A stretch of DNA of 63,794 nucleotides, filler included, from Octopus bimaculoides (taxonomy: Eukaryota): NCBI RefSeq assembly GCF_001194135.2. It is 7 parts of 7 records of this genome, joined end to end, with 100 filler letters (N's around TTAATTAATTAA, not from the genome) between each part and the next. Parts side by side here need not be neighbours in the genome. Positions count along the whole stretch, not along the records: positions 1 to 15,533 come from NC_068987.1; 6 more parts are not named here. One strand, written 5' to 3'. The notes below the pieces were generated by a model. It saw only the letters and a program-made list of their open reading frames with translations. It ran no database searches and was not told the DNA's origin. Of the stretch, positions 1 to 13,404 are shown piece after piece (position 1 is the stretch's first letter; every line of letters starts with the position of its first letter). Made by a program: the position numbers and the translations under genes.

Positions 1-520
<520 letters not shown>

Positions 521-589
521 TATATAGTATGTGCATATTTTGGAGTACTTCACACATGTGCTCTATAAATAAAATAAAAATATGGTATG

Positions 590-790
590 TGGATCACCGT
601 CACTTACTACGATGTGCATCCATTTGTCGATCAACCGAATTACCGGCACGATGAATTAACTTGTAAGTGGCTGAGTATTTCAGAGACCCATGCCCCAAAT
701 AGCATGTTGTGGAATCGAAGCTGAACCATTGTGACTGCAAAGCGAACCTCCTAGCCATTCCACCGTTATACGCTTATTTTTGTACGCATA
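590..790 (-). mobile_element. Degenerate tRNA-derived SINE fragments
   Basis: GATCAA...TTAACTTGTAAGTGGCTGAGTA resembles the SINE body at 26580-26640; GGAATCGAAGCTGAACCATTGTGACTGCAAAGCGAAC is a reverse tRNA-like head. Confidence 0.6.
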
Positions 791-1424
791 TTTTTCATGC
801 AAACTTGTGTGTGTCTGCGCGCGTGCGTGTACCTGTCAGTGTGAGTGTGTGTGTGTGTGCGTGTGTATATATGCGTGTGCGTGTGAGCATTTTTACTCCA
901 AATATCTTTTCTCATTCATCTCTTATTTTATTTTCTGGTAAAAGACTAGCATTCAGAAACGTCAAAACTTTTTACCTTATGTTTAACTGTTAAACTGATA
1001 ATAACATCTCCGCCAATATTCCTAGGATCATACATATCATTGCAACCAGTTTTGCAGTACAATAAATTATTTAACAAATTGTTGAGTCAGATAACACCTC
1101 AGATTTCCTTCAGGCCCCCATTGAAGACAGCATTGAGATCACTTATGTTCCCTTTTTATCAATCACTAGCATTCTGAGCCATATATTTATGACATTTAAT
1201 ATCAATATCTACAACTAAAAATCAGGTAGCAGCTATTTAACCGTCTTAATTTCTACCTCTGTCTACCCAATCACATTCACAAGTCTTGAGTTGTGTCAAA
1301 AACTGAGAGAAGCAGCTTTCTCAATGTAGTACGCAATCAAGCATAAAACACATAAAACCGTGTGAGTACGAAACAAATTTCTTTACTTGGGGCCCTTACT
1401 TGTGCCCTAATATGTTTAAATATA

Positions 1425-1680
1425 ATAAATAAATGCGCCCTTTTAAAGCCTAGCCAGGCTCATGGGCCCGGTTTCCGGTTTCAATGGCGTATGTGTTCTC
1501 CAGCTGGACGGGACGCCAGTCCATCGGAGCGTTACTCATTTTTGCCCGCTGAGTGGACTGGAGCAACGTGAAATGAAGTGTTTTGCTCAAGAACACAATG
1601 CGTCGCCCGGGCCAGGAATCGAAACCACAATCTTACGATCATGATGCTGACACCCTAACCATTAAGCCACACGCGTCCAC
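1425..1680 (-). mobile_element. tRNA-head SINE (family C), near full length
   Basis: Reverse complement begins GTGGACGCGTGTGGCTTAATGGTTAGGG (A box) ... GGTTTCGATTCC (B box), has a conserved body and ends in a (TTTA)n-like tail. The same tail sequence recurs at 45553-45588. Confidence 0.85.
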
Positions 1681-1695
1681 CCTAATATGTTTAAG

Positions 1696-1880
1696 GGTAG
1701 GAGAAATAGCAGCTAAATCACACTAAAGTATAATCTACAGTTTTAAAAATGTCGGAACATATTCGATAACGTTGATCCAGATACGTTATGTCTTAAATGA
1801 ATAACAGGAAGTTAACAGCTGGAACGCTTTGCGGGCTAGAACTATCGTATTAAACCTGACCCAGGGTTAAAAAAATAACT
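1696..1880 (+). mobile_element. Dispersed repeat body (family E), diverged
   Basis: GAAATAGCAGC...GACC(C/T)GGG shared with 9480-9680, 17040-17320 and ~26410-26480. Confidence 0.55.
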
Positions 1881-1985
1881 GGTGTTACACTTCAGGTTGT
1901 TATATTTCATGTTTTCTTCGAATGCTTTTCGCTCCTTTACAGTGGTTGCATTTAACCCACCTCTACCCTAACCACTTTCATTTCT

Positions 1986-2027
<42 letters not shown>

Positions 2028-2382
2028 ACACACACACATGTATGTATATAAATATGTATATACACACACCTCTCTTCCCCTCCTCTCATTCTCTCCCCTC
2101 GCTCTCTCTCTCGCTCTCTCTCTCTCTCCCACTCTCTCTTTCTTTCAACCTTTCGGGCTCTGCTGAGTTTTATTAGTATCTTTTTTTCCCATGGCGTGTA
2201 GCTTCCGTGCTNNNNNNNNNNNNNNNNNNNNNNNNNNNNNNNNNNNNNNNNNNNNNNNNNNNNNNNNNNNNNNNNNNNNNNCACACACACACATAACAAA
2301 CAGACGCGCCCGCACACACACCCCTCCTACAACTAGAAATATTCGTATTTTCAACGCCTGTTCAAAAGAAAATTTGTTCTTC

Positions 2383-2433
<51 letters not shown>

Positions 2434-2779
2434 GGTGTATATATGTATATGTATGTGTATTTGTATGTGTGTATCTATGTATATGCACATATATATATAA
2501 ATATAATATATATGTATATATATGTCTGTATGTATGCATATATATATAATTATCTATGTATATGTGTGTATATAAAACATATATACACGCACATACATAC
2601 AAAAACTCACATCTAAATATTTACATACATACATACACATATATAGGCCCGCGCAGACATACACACAGATGTACACCCTGGTGGTGGTACAGTAATTACT
2701 GTTCTGATGATTGACTAAACACAATACTCTACTTCATTTAACAGAAAACTGCTTCTAAATTCCACGCTCTCCCTACACC

Positions 2780-2805
2780 CACCATACTTACTCTCTCTCT
2801 CTCTC

Positions 2806-2840
<35 letters not shown>

Positions 2841-2850
2841 NNNNNNNNNN

Positions 2851-2895
<45 letters not shown>

Positions 2896-3520
2896 TACCT
2901 CAACCAGATTCCATTTCTCTTATATTCTGTTATTCTCTCTTTCTCTCCCGTCTCTTCCTCTCTTTAAATTCTATGTCTTACTTTTCTTTCACATTCTAAT
3001 AAGCCTCTTACTATCCCTCTTTATTTCTGATAACCGCTTCTGTTTGTCCGTTCTTCTATCCCTCTGTCCCTTTATCCCTCTGTTTGTCTCACTGTCTCTC
3101 TTTGTCTTCCTTTTTGTCAGTTTTTCTCTCTGTATCGCTGCCCGTCTGTGTATCTGTCTGTTTGTCTGTTTGTCTCTCTCTCTCTTCCTCTCTCTCTCCC
3201 TTTCTCTATTTGCCTGTCTTTGTCTGCCTCTTTCTCTCTCTGTTCCTCTGTCTTTCTACCTATCTGTCTATCTCTGCCTGTCCCTCTGTCTATATATTTC
3301 TCCATTGTCTATTTCTTTGTCTGTCTCTGTCTTTCTCTGTTTCTCCGTCCCACCCCTTGTATGTTCCTCTGCCTATCTCTCTGCCTGTCTCTCCTTCTAT
3401 CAGTCTGTTCCTCTGTCTTTGTCTGTGTTTCTTTCTCTCTCACCGTCCCTCTGTCTATCTATTTGTCCTCTTTCTTTGCATATCTCTCTTTCTCTCTTCT
3501 CTGTTCATTTACACCCTCTC
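2780..3520. repeat. CT-rich/(CT)n/(CTGT)n low-complexity block
   Basis: Pyrimidine-rich simple sequence; it generates the spurious L/S/C-rich ORFs at 3044-3799. Confidence 0.9.
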
Positions 3521-4155
3521 ATCCTGGCAAGATCATCTCAACAGCATCATGAGCTCCTTAGCGCAAGAATGTACCAAAGTCCTAACGTACACAACTACAT
3601 TACGCATAAGTTAGCATTGGGTCTCCTAGACCAGTGGTTGCTCCAAGTAACTGCTCAGTGTAACGGTCATGTCTTCGGTATTATATTCAGGACCAACTTA
3701 AGGCAAGAATATCATACTCTGCACTTATCCAGGGAGACTCACGTATCTAGGTGTCCAATGCTAATCTATACAGGGCATTGGCTTGCAGTCAATAAATGAT
3801 TGTCAGAGGATACAGTACCTTGCATTACATGATAAAGGGCTTATGATTCTGTTAAAGGCTCTGCTCTAATCCTTGTCTCACTTTCACTCTGTTTCTCAAT
3901 ATCCCCCTCATATTTAATACATTCTTTCTCTCCCCGGGGAATGGCTTATAATGCTCTTAGGGGTACTACTCCCCTCTCTGGCTCATTTTAACCCTGTTTT
4001 TATTTTTATTTTCAATATTCCTCTCATAATTAATATACCTTTATTTTTCCCCAGGGCTTATAATTCTGTTAATGGAAAATTGGAGTTTGTGATATTAATT
4101 TTATTTCATCGTTCACAATTGTTTCAACGAATATACGGTGACTATTTTCGCAAAA

Positions 4156-4240
4156 CAGTAATCCCTCAACTATCGCGAGTGTTACGTTCCAAACCCCACC
4201 CCCGCGATAGGTGAAAATCCGCGAAGTAGAAGGTCTACTG
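4156..4240 (+). mobile_element. pogo/Tigger-like DNA transposon end
   Basis: CAGTAATCCCTCAACTATCGCG...CCGCGATAGGTGAAAATCCGCGAAGTAG; near-identical copy at 32805-32890. Starts with CAGTA like Tigger-type TIRs. Confidence 0.65.
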
Positions 4241-4599
4241 TAATATTTTCCCCGCCCCATATTTGATAAATCTTTAGTTTTATTCCTGAAGAAGAGCTTA
4301 AAAGGTTGTTAATGGCTCTACTCTCATTCCTCTCTCACTTTCACCATGCTTCTTTATATTGACCCCATATTTAATAAATCGCTATTATATTTTCCCGAAG
4401 AAAAGCTTATAAGACTATCAAGGGCCCTGCTTAAAAAAAAATATCCTACTGTCTTTTCGCTTCCTTCTCTTCTAATTCTCTTACTTTATCTTTTGCATTC
4501 TGAAAAGAAGCTCACTGTCCTTATTCATCTTTCGGTTTTTTCTTTTGTCTTTCCTTTTCTTTCTTTTTTTCTGATGGGGTTAAGGGTGGCTCCCATTGC

Positions 4600-4680
4600 T
4601 CTACGGGTTAGGGCTTTAGCCTCACAACCATAAGGTCGCGGGTTCAATTTCTGGATCGGGCGACGCTTTGTATCCCGAAG
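4600..4680 (+). mobile_element. SINE family C head fragment
   Basis: GGTTAGGGC...GGGTTCAATTTCTGGATCGGGCGACGC matches the head of the 1425-1680 copy. Confidence 0.65.
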
Positions 4681-5078
4681 AAAGGCAATTACTTCAATTC
4701 CCGTTGTCACAGTCTAATCAACTGTAAATAAACTCTAACTCAGTGCTAATGCAAACCTCCCCACCTCTCTCTCATTTACTCCCTCTCTCCTTCTCTTTCT
4801 CATTCCCTCTCTCGTTCACTCTCCCTCTCTCGTTCACTCTCCCTCTCTCCCTTTCTCTTTCTCATTCACTGTATCTCTCTCTCACTCTCTATCAATCTCT
4901 CTCTTTCTATCTGTCTGTCACTTTCTTTCATTCACTCCCTCTCTCCTTCTCGTTTTCATTCACTCTCTCTCGTTCACTCTCCTTCTCTCCTTCTCTCCCC
5001 TCTCTACCAATCTGTCTCCCTCTATGTCTGCCTGTTTGTCTGTCTGTGTCTGTCTGAGTCTCTCTCTCTCCCTCCCTC

Positions 5079-5118
<40 letters not shown>

Positions 5119-5139
5119 CTTCTCTCTCTCTCAACTATA

Positions 5140-5250
5140 GCACCAGCATTTCACTCAGCTAGTACTAAATTTTCTGCTAACTAGACTGGAGCAACGTAGA
5201 ATGAAATGTCTTGCTCAAGGATATAACGCGCTGACCAACTCTGGAATTCA
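5140..5250 (-). mobile_element. SINE family C body fragment
   Basis: GACTGGAGCAACGTAGAATGAAATGTCTTGCTCAAGG matches 1555-1595. Confidence 0.7.
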
Positions 5251-6069
5251 ACTCACGCCATTATAATTGAGAGATGAACACCTCTAAGATCACAAGACCA
5301 TACTTCTTAACAGGTAGACCAAAAACATATAATATACATAAAACACTAATACCAGAAATAAACAAAAACCAATAGAAGAAAATAAAATAAAAAGTTAATA
5401 AAATAAAAATTAAAAAAACTTCAACACAAAATATTAACATAAACAATACAGTAATAGAAAATAAAAGCAATATGAAACACATATAAAACACTTATAGAAC
5501 AAAGCAAACAACAAATATAAAGCAATAACAAAAATTAAAATGCAAAAACAAAAACAAAAAGACTCAGAATTATTGGCGGAATAACGTATCAAAGTGACGT
5601 CACAGAAGATTNNNNNNNNNNNNNNNNNNNNNNNNNNNNNNNNNNNNNNNNNNNNNNNNNNNNNNNNNNNNNNNNNNNNNNNNNNNNNNNNNNNNNNNNN
5701 NNNNNNNNNNNNNNNNNNNNNNNNNNNNNNNNNNNNNNNNNNNNNNNNNNNNNNNNNNNNNNNNNNNNNNNNNNNNNNNNNNNNNNNNNNNNNNNNNNNN
5801 NNNNNNNNNNNNNNNNNNNNNNNNNNNNNNNNNNNNNNNNNNNNNNNNNNNNNNNNNNNNNNNNNNNNNNNNNNNNNNNNNNNNNNNNNNNNNNNNNNNN
5901 NNNNNNNNNNNNNNNNNNNNNNNNNNNNNNNNNNNNNNNNNNNNNNNNNNNNNNNNNNNNNNNNNNNNNNNNNNNNNNNNNNNNNNNNNNNNNNNNNNNN
6001 NNNNNNNNNNNNNNNNNNNNNNNNNNNNNNNNNNNNNNNNNNNNNNNNNNNNNNNNNNNNNNNNNNNNN

Positions 6070-6105
<36 letters not shown>

Positions 6106-6289
6106 GCTATTATGATAAAACAAAAGCGTTGAAGAAATAACTTGAAGCATTCATGTGAGGAAATACCGAAAACGGACATAACTACGAAAACATTGCAAAA
6201 ATAAAATAAAATAAAACAAGATAAATGAATAAGTTAAAATACATTCCAACGGTACAAAAAAGTCGAAAATTAAAACATATATACCTTTC

Positions 6290-6476
6290 TAATTTTGGAT
6301 CAAGGCCAACAATTTTGAGGGGAGGGGAGTTGATTACGTCGAGCCCAGCGTTCAAGTTTTTCGACCCCGAAAAGACGAAAGGCAAAGTTGCATTCGGTGG
6401 AATTTGAATTCTAAATTTAAAGCCGGAAAAAATGCCGCTAAGCATTTTAGCTGGGCGTGTTAACGATTCTGCCAAA
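6290..6476 (-). mobile_element. tRNA-derived SINE (family B)
   Basis: CGACCCCGAAAAGACGAAAGGCAAAG...GGAATTTGAA...CTAAGCATTT...ACGATTCTGCC, the recurrent family B motif. Confidence 0.8.
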
Positions 6477-7579
6477 AGCCAAAGAAATATTGATGGGCAA
6501 CAGAGTTGATTGCAAATAAATAAATGCATAAATACAATAAAAGAGCCCTTCACCAGACGTAACAATATACCTGGGCGGAAAACAACCTGAAGCCAAAGTA
6601 ACCAACCGAAATATGAACGAGAATGTCAAGAAGTTTTAGTGTTGTATTTAGCGTAAAAATGAATACGAGCGATCGGCAGAGCAATGGAACAGTTTGCAAT
6701 AAATAAATAAATAAATGAATAAATGAATAAAATTAAAACAGAAGAAGTAAAATGCAACAAAATTGTAATAATAATCATAAAGAAATTGACGTCACAAAAA
6801 TACTGGCCGAAAACAGCATATACTGACGGAAAATAATAAAATGTAAAACATAGACGTTCTGCACACATGCACACACGGTCGCACGTACATACATAAATAC
6901 ACACATACACACACACACACACGCACACGCACACACGCACGCACAACTACAATGATGGTTAGCATGAAAGCCTCTACAAGGTCGTTACATCTCGCAAGGT
7001 TCCACAAGAGGTCGCTAGTAGATCCGCGAGAAATAGATTAATAATATGAAAATGGGCAAAGTCTTGCTACTAAACCCGTGACAGGAGTAACAGTAAAAAG
7101 ATTTACAGGGAAAAGGGCATGAAATTGGAGACCAAAAATGTCAAAAATGAAACGACGGGGGGGGCAAAAAATTCTTTCGCAGAAGGAAATAGCAACCAAA
7201 TTCCATGATTTTTTTTTCTTTTTCCGTCAGATATTGATAGCTTTTCCGAAAGTCCACCGATCAAATATAACAACTGTCTCAGGAGACGGATGTTATAACA
7301 AAAATTAAACTGTAGATTCATTTATATTTCATTGCGTATTTATGATTTTATACACATTTGCACATCATTCCTTAACATGGTATCCTGGTATCTGTAGGTA
7401 GTGCGACACAGCAAGGAAAATTACATCTTAATCGAGAATTGTAAAAGAATTTAGTCTTAACAATGTGTTAGTTAAAGTGAAATTTCTAAAGTTTTCTCAG
7501 TAACATCTGATGGTTTTAGCACGGCAAAACTTTCAAAATCAAACTTATTTATTTTTGTTATTTCTTTAATCTCTAAAGC

Positions 7580-7695
7580 AGCAAACTGGTCGAATTGTAA
7601 GAGCGTCGGAAACAATGGTTTACAGTATCTGTTCTAACTCTTTATATTCTGAATTCAAATTCCGCCGTCAACTTTGTCTTTCATCCGACTGAAAT
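7580..7695 (+). mobile_element. SINE family B head, degenerate
   Basis: TTCTGAATTCAAATTCCGCCGTCAACTTTGTCTTTCATCC. Confidence 0.65.
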
Positions 7696-8832
7696 TGTCT
7701 TCCAAAAAACTATGTATATAATTTACATATTGCAAGACTTCAAACAAATTACAGAACTCTTTTATTAATAAATATATTTAATATATTTTTTATGTAAGGG
7801 TATCTTGAGACATGAAATATATTCCAAGAGGCATGAAATATATTTCAAGTAAAAATTCTTATAGTTTACACGCTGTGAGTTCGGACATCAGAGAAATTCT
7901 GGTCTATAAATATAGAGTTTGGTTTAGTCATGAGGTAACCCAGTAGTGGCCCTGTAAGTTTATAGACACTGGGCATAGTACGAACCTATGATAGGTAATC
8001 TTGTGGTAGCCCTGTTTAGTAATTATCAACAGAGAAGAAAGATAATAAAAATTTACTAGGAATCGATATTTAAGCCAAATCATATAATATCGAAAACCCA
8101 GAATTTAAAAAAAAAATACTTGATTCTCATTTCTTGTGTTAATTATATTAACTGGGTTAAAATCATTAATTAAATATAAATTATGACAACATTGTAAGGA
8201 ATAAAAAATTTTGAGATATTGAAAGGCGATTTTAGATTGTGAGAAGGCGCACGAATGCGTACACACACACATGCACACATGCACGCTCTCTTTCTCTCTT
8301 TCTCTCTCTCATACACACCCACGCACACACTCACGTGATGCTGATTCTTTCATCATTATCCATTGTAATAAGGGCATAGCACATTTAAACGGCGTATGTA
8401 AGGCCTTACCATATCTAAAACTTTGTATTGTGTTGGGGTGAAGTACCGAGGGAATGAGTCGCCGGCTTATAGTATATACAAGCAGTAAGAATACCAATGT
8501 TTTCTGCATTTCTTATACGATGCGGCTTGGGATCTGCTCTTTAGCCCACCCTTCAATTTAATGTTCGAATTCACAGCGTGTAAGATATAAGGGTATAATA
8601 TGGAACCAATTACTGAGTCCCAAACTCACCGGTAGGTAACATGTCGTGCATATAATTATATACATACGAGTATGTATGTATGTATGTATGTATGTATGTA
8701 TGTACGTACATATCTATCTATCTATCTATCTATCTATGCAAAGTTTAGATTAATTAAATATGTTTGTGACATATTTCAACTGCGCAAAGGCAAATTCATT
8801 GCCGTTACTGTAGAGAAAATTTTCTCTTATGG

Positions 8833-8875
<43 letters not shown>

Positions 8876-9479
8876 NNNNNNNNNNNNNNNNNNNNNNNNN
8901 NNNNNNNNNNNNNNNNNNNNNNNNNNNNNNNNNNNTATACATATATATATTGTGAGGGTGTGGTGGGGTGAAATCACTTCAAGATAATGGCTAATTTCAA
9001 CAGAGTCTTTCAACTATGTATAATGAAAAGTTCAACAGCGCTACTACAAAATAGTTCCATATTGCTAGATTTTTAAAAACCTAAAAGCATTGTGCATGTA
9101 AAATCAATTGTATGAACTGCACAAGAACTATTTCCGGCAGGATGTTTTTTAAATATATTACATACTTACACACTTGTAATAAACAGAGCTTATTACATTC
9201 CGAAACACCTGGCTGTAGTATCGCCTTGCGGAATTACAAGTGAATTGTTCTAAATTTTTCGTTAGGGAAACATTACTTCCTCTAAAACTGAATTTATCTG
9301 TGCCGTTGGTTAAACAGCGTTGCGTTTGAAATATTTGGTGATATGGTTACCGCTACTACTATGGGCAGTAGCAGCAGCAGTAGCTGTTGTAGTAGTAGAA
9401 AGAGTAGCAACAAACATAAAAGTAAAACTAACAACTGCATCTCCATAGTCCAAGGTAAGACCCTTTACGTGGTAGCTCA

Positions 9480-9680
9480 CTTGCTCGAAATAACAACCGA
9501 ATCCCTCTCAAATCATACAATCACATAGAAAAAGAAAAATAGAACACGCTGGTTAATGGGATCTCGGGTTCCTTGTAAACAAGGAAATTACAGGATGGTC
9601 ATGGTTGGACTTCTTTTGATCAGAGAACTGTTTAAACAATGGTTACCTAGAGTTAAGCAGCTAACTTTTGGGCAAACTAG
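9480..9680 (+). mobile_element. Dispersed repeat body (family E), diverged
   Basis: GAAATAACAACCGAATCCCTCTCAAATCA...GGATGGTCATGGTTGGA...; similar to 17040-17320. Confidence 0.5.
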
Positions 9681-9892
9681 AAATTTGAACTAAATATCTT
9701 TCAAATTAAACTCTACAGTATTTTTAAATACAGGATGGACACATAGAATAAGATATTACTATCTAGATAAAATTACATCTTTTTTTATTTAATAGAAAAG
9801 GGATGAACACGGGTACAACGTCTTTGATCATTGCTCTGCGAGATCAAAATTGACTTTGGGATAAAACAGCAACTGCGACACCAATTAAATAG

Positions 9893-10415
9893 ACACTGGC
9901 TTCTGATCTTAACTGATTGGAAATATTATCATGTACATATTTTGTCTTGGTATAAAAGATGGGCTACAGCAAATATTCTGCTCAATACCACAGATTAGCT
10001 TGTCAGTTGTTTGACTTTAACCAGTTGAGCATGTCCTTTGGTGGGTGACGATATGTGCATCTCTGACCACGAGCAGAAGTAGTGGGGGAGCATCATAGCC
10101 ATGTGTTGAGAGGAATTCTTTGAAGCTCGAATAATTCACCTCTGAAAACATGGGTGTTTCGTTCATCATCCTTGAACAACCCTTATTCAAGGACTATTTG
10201 AGCGGGATGGGCTACTCGACGTGAAGAAAATTCTAAGTGGGCCCCACCTTCAAGGTCATGCGCTGTTTATCTTGATATGAGATCACTGTGTTGCGGACAT
10301 ATGGTTGTGATGCATGTGCCTGGTGTGCCCTTATCAGACGGGTAGTCATGATGGGTACACTGGGCTTCGTATATTTTACCCCAGTGTCACTTTGATGGCA
10401 TGCACTGCTCTCTCA
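9893..10415 (+). mobile_element. (TAA)n-tailed retroposon/LINE 3'-UTR-like repeat (family D)
   Basis: About 520 bp ending GCACTGCTCTCTCACTC followed by (TAA)n; homologous reverse copies at 51013-51330 and 52330-52492. Confidence 0.8.
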
Positions 10416-10418
10416 CTC

Positions 10419-10474
<56 letters not shown>

Positions 10475-10605
10475 NNNNNNNNNNNNNNNNNNNNNNNNNN
10501 NNNNNNNNNNNNNNNNNNNNNNNNNNNNNNNNNNNNNGAAGAAGAAGAAGAAGAAGAAGAAGAAGAAGAAGAAGAAGAAGAAGAAGAAGAAGAAGAAGAA
10601 GAAGA

Positions 10606-10812
10606 GCTATAAAACAAATGAAATCCAAACTAAAACTAGAACAGCAACGGACCATGATAAAACGATGGCAAGAAAAGCCCCTACATGGCAAATACTGGCC
10701 TAAACTAAATGCAAAAGAAATAGACAGACAAAAATCCCAGCAATGGTTGAGAAGCTCAAGACTCAAAGAAGAGACTGAAGGATTTTTAATTGCTGCACAA
10801 AACCAAAGCGTA
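10606..10812 (+). mobile_element. R4/Dong-like non-LTR retrotransposon ORF fragment
   Basis: WQEKPLHGKY...DRQKSQQWLRSSRLKEETEGFLIAAQNQ is the conserved R4-clade segment between RT and the CCHC knuckle; it abuts (GAA)n. Confidence 0.8.
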
Positions 10813-10849
10813 TAAGAGGTAGACCAACTAGAAAATTTGGAAGCAAATG

Positions 10850-11720
10850 TTTCTGTCATTTGGAATTGAAGTTTCCAGTTGGAAAGTAAGTCGCTGCTCT
10901 CTAATTTGGCGGATCGCCTTCTGGCAACTGTGTTGGTTAATTCTAGAGACAGAAAGGTGATGAGAAGATGGGTAAAGGATCTGAAGGGGATATCTACATA
11001 TTTCAGAATGCTCACGAGATGTTTTCAGAACTGATCGCGATGACAGTAACCAGTCCCATCTATATACAAAGGACTACAGTGGCTATGGCATATAGAGCAA
11101 TGGAATAGATTAGAAGTGTTGTCAAAATTAGCATAAACTTGAACATTCAACTTCAGGTCTCGTAGTGTTGTGGCGTTAGATATAACGAGACAAATATTGC
11201 ATCGAGAACCAAAGCAGGCAGTTCTTTCAGGTTGAGTGAGGTGTGGTTGAGGACAAAGAAGCTCTTGACCAGCCGGTTCTGTAGGCTTTTGTTAGTGATA
11301 AAAAAATAAGAGTGGATGTTGAAAACAGGTGGGTGAAATGGAAGGATGGGGATGCAGAAAATGGAAGTTGTGGAGGAGTGTGTTGTGGAGCGTTCGGGAA
11401 GCGCGGTGGGTGAAGGATGAGGAGGGATTGAGTGCACTTGATGACTTTGCGAGGAAAAGGGTAGATGGGAATGCTGATAGTCTGGACACAACAGCACTCA
11501 TTGTTTATGCCAGGTCGGGACAACGTCCTAACGAAATTAAGTCTACATTTCGAGTCAAACAACATCGAATTTAGTTACTTCTCGCAGCATGGCCGAAATG
11601 ATTCAGAAGACCGCTTTGCAGCACGTGGGAAAAAAGTATGATCCCACTGCAGGTATTGGGTAAGTGTAATTTACCATAGCTTCAGGTGTACCCAAGACTT
11701 GAGAGCAAATTTGGATAGAA
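10850..11720 (-). mobile_element. Penelope-like element, Neptune-type, decayed 3' half (RT thumb, Zn linker, GIY-YIG)
   Basis: Mixed minus frames give PFHPP...LQNRLVKS, CFGSRCNIC (CxxRCxxC linker), SNLFHCSICHSHCSPLYIDGTG (GIY-YIG-like) and RDQF*KHLVSI; many stops and frameshifts. Confidence 0.7.
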
Positions 11721-12560
11721 AGAAAATGTGCAGAAGCCTACTAGAAAGTGTGGACATGTTATTCATGTTTTATAACACATTGAATGACGCAGATTCTGAG
11801 AGAGGATTATGTTAAGGGTATACACATCTATGGAATACGCAACCACTTAGAGTATATACATATAAACACACACATATATATATACACACGTATCTATATA
11901 CATAAGCATACACATATAGGTATGGGAATGAATTCAAAATAGATTAGATTGATGTTGAATATCGCCACAGCCATCATTCATTTACAGTTAATTGTTTATA
12001 TAAGGATGGCTACAAGCTTTTATTGTTGTTGTTATTATTGCTGTAGGTGTTGTTGCTGCTGCAGTTATTGTTGTTGTTGTTGTTATTGTTGCTACTGATG
12101 TTGTCGTTGCAGCTGTTGTTGCTGCTGCTGCTTCTGCTGCTTCTGCTGTTGTTTTTGTACGGACTTTTATCTCTAGATTGATGTGTGATTTACACAAATA
12201 CGTAACGCTTTACGTCAACATTTGCACGTAACGTCAATATACACACACAGACACACGCACAGACACACACTCACGCACAGACACACACTCACGCACGCAC
12301 ATATATACATAAATATAACCTTAAATATACATTGGTGTATATCTATATGATGCATATATTCATTCTATATTATATGATATACATACATACATACATATAT
12401 ATACATACATATATACATTCACATACATATATACATATACATATACATATACATATATATATATATATATATACATACATACATATATACATATATATCT
12501 ACATATTTATAAACATACATATATAAGTATATATATAATACATATATAAGTATATATATA

Positions 12561-12595
<35 letters not shown>

Positions 12596-12607
12596 CATAC
12601 ACACACA

Positions 12608-12647
<40 letters not shown>

Positions 12648-13243
12648 NNNNNNNNNNNNNNNNNNNNNNNNNNNNNNNNNNNNNNNNNNNNNNNNNNNNN
12701 NNNNNNNNNNNNNNNNNNNNNNNNNNNNNNNNNNNNNNNNNNNNNNNNNNNNNNNNNNNNNNNNNNNNNNNNNNNNNNNNNNNNNNNNNNNNNNNNNNNN
12801 NNNNNNNNNNNNNNNNNNNNNNNNNNNNNNNNNNNNNNNNNNNNNNNNNNNNNNNNNNNNNNNNNNNNNNNNNNNNNNNNNNNNNNNNNNNNNNNNNNNN
12901 NNNNNNNNNNNNNNNNNNNNNNNNNNNNNNNNNNNNNNNNNNNNNNNNNNNNNNNNNNNNNNNNNNNNNNNNNNNNNNNNNNNNNNNNNNNNNNNNNNNN
13001 NNNNNNNNNNNNNNNNNNNNNNNNNNNNNNNNNNNNNNNNNNACACACACACACACAATATGCCCACAGCCCTGAGTGTATGGTTTTCACAACTAAACTG
13101 TTTTCTGCTCCTATCGTTCCTCTGTTCCACGCCTATCCTCTAATCTTTTATTTTTCTCCTTCTTCTTCCTCTCGCTCCCTCCCCCCGCCTTCTTCTCCCT
13201 CTCCGCATATTATGTTTTACACAACACACACAGACACAGACAG

Positions 13244-13282
<39 letters not shown>

Positions 13283-13371
13283 CATACATACATATATATA
13301 TATATATACATACATATACATACACACATATATACATACATATATATATACATATACACACACACACATAT

Positions 13372-13404
<33 letters not shown>

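Noticed and set aside
3611-3764. Imperfect ~20-bp inverted repeats (TTAGCATTGG...CCAATGCTAA) suggesting a MITE
   Set aside because: No TSD and no second copy in the window; cannot be classified.
3044-3799. 251-aa ORF
   Set aside because: Mostly CT-repeat translation starting at TTG; the unique tail has no recognisable motif.
7807-8010. Short direct duplications (20 bp x2 and ~60-bp period)
   Set aside because: Two-copy local slippage duplications with no further structure.
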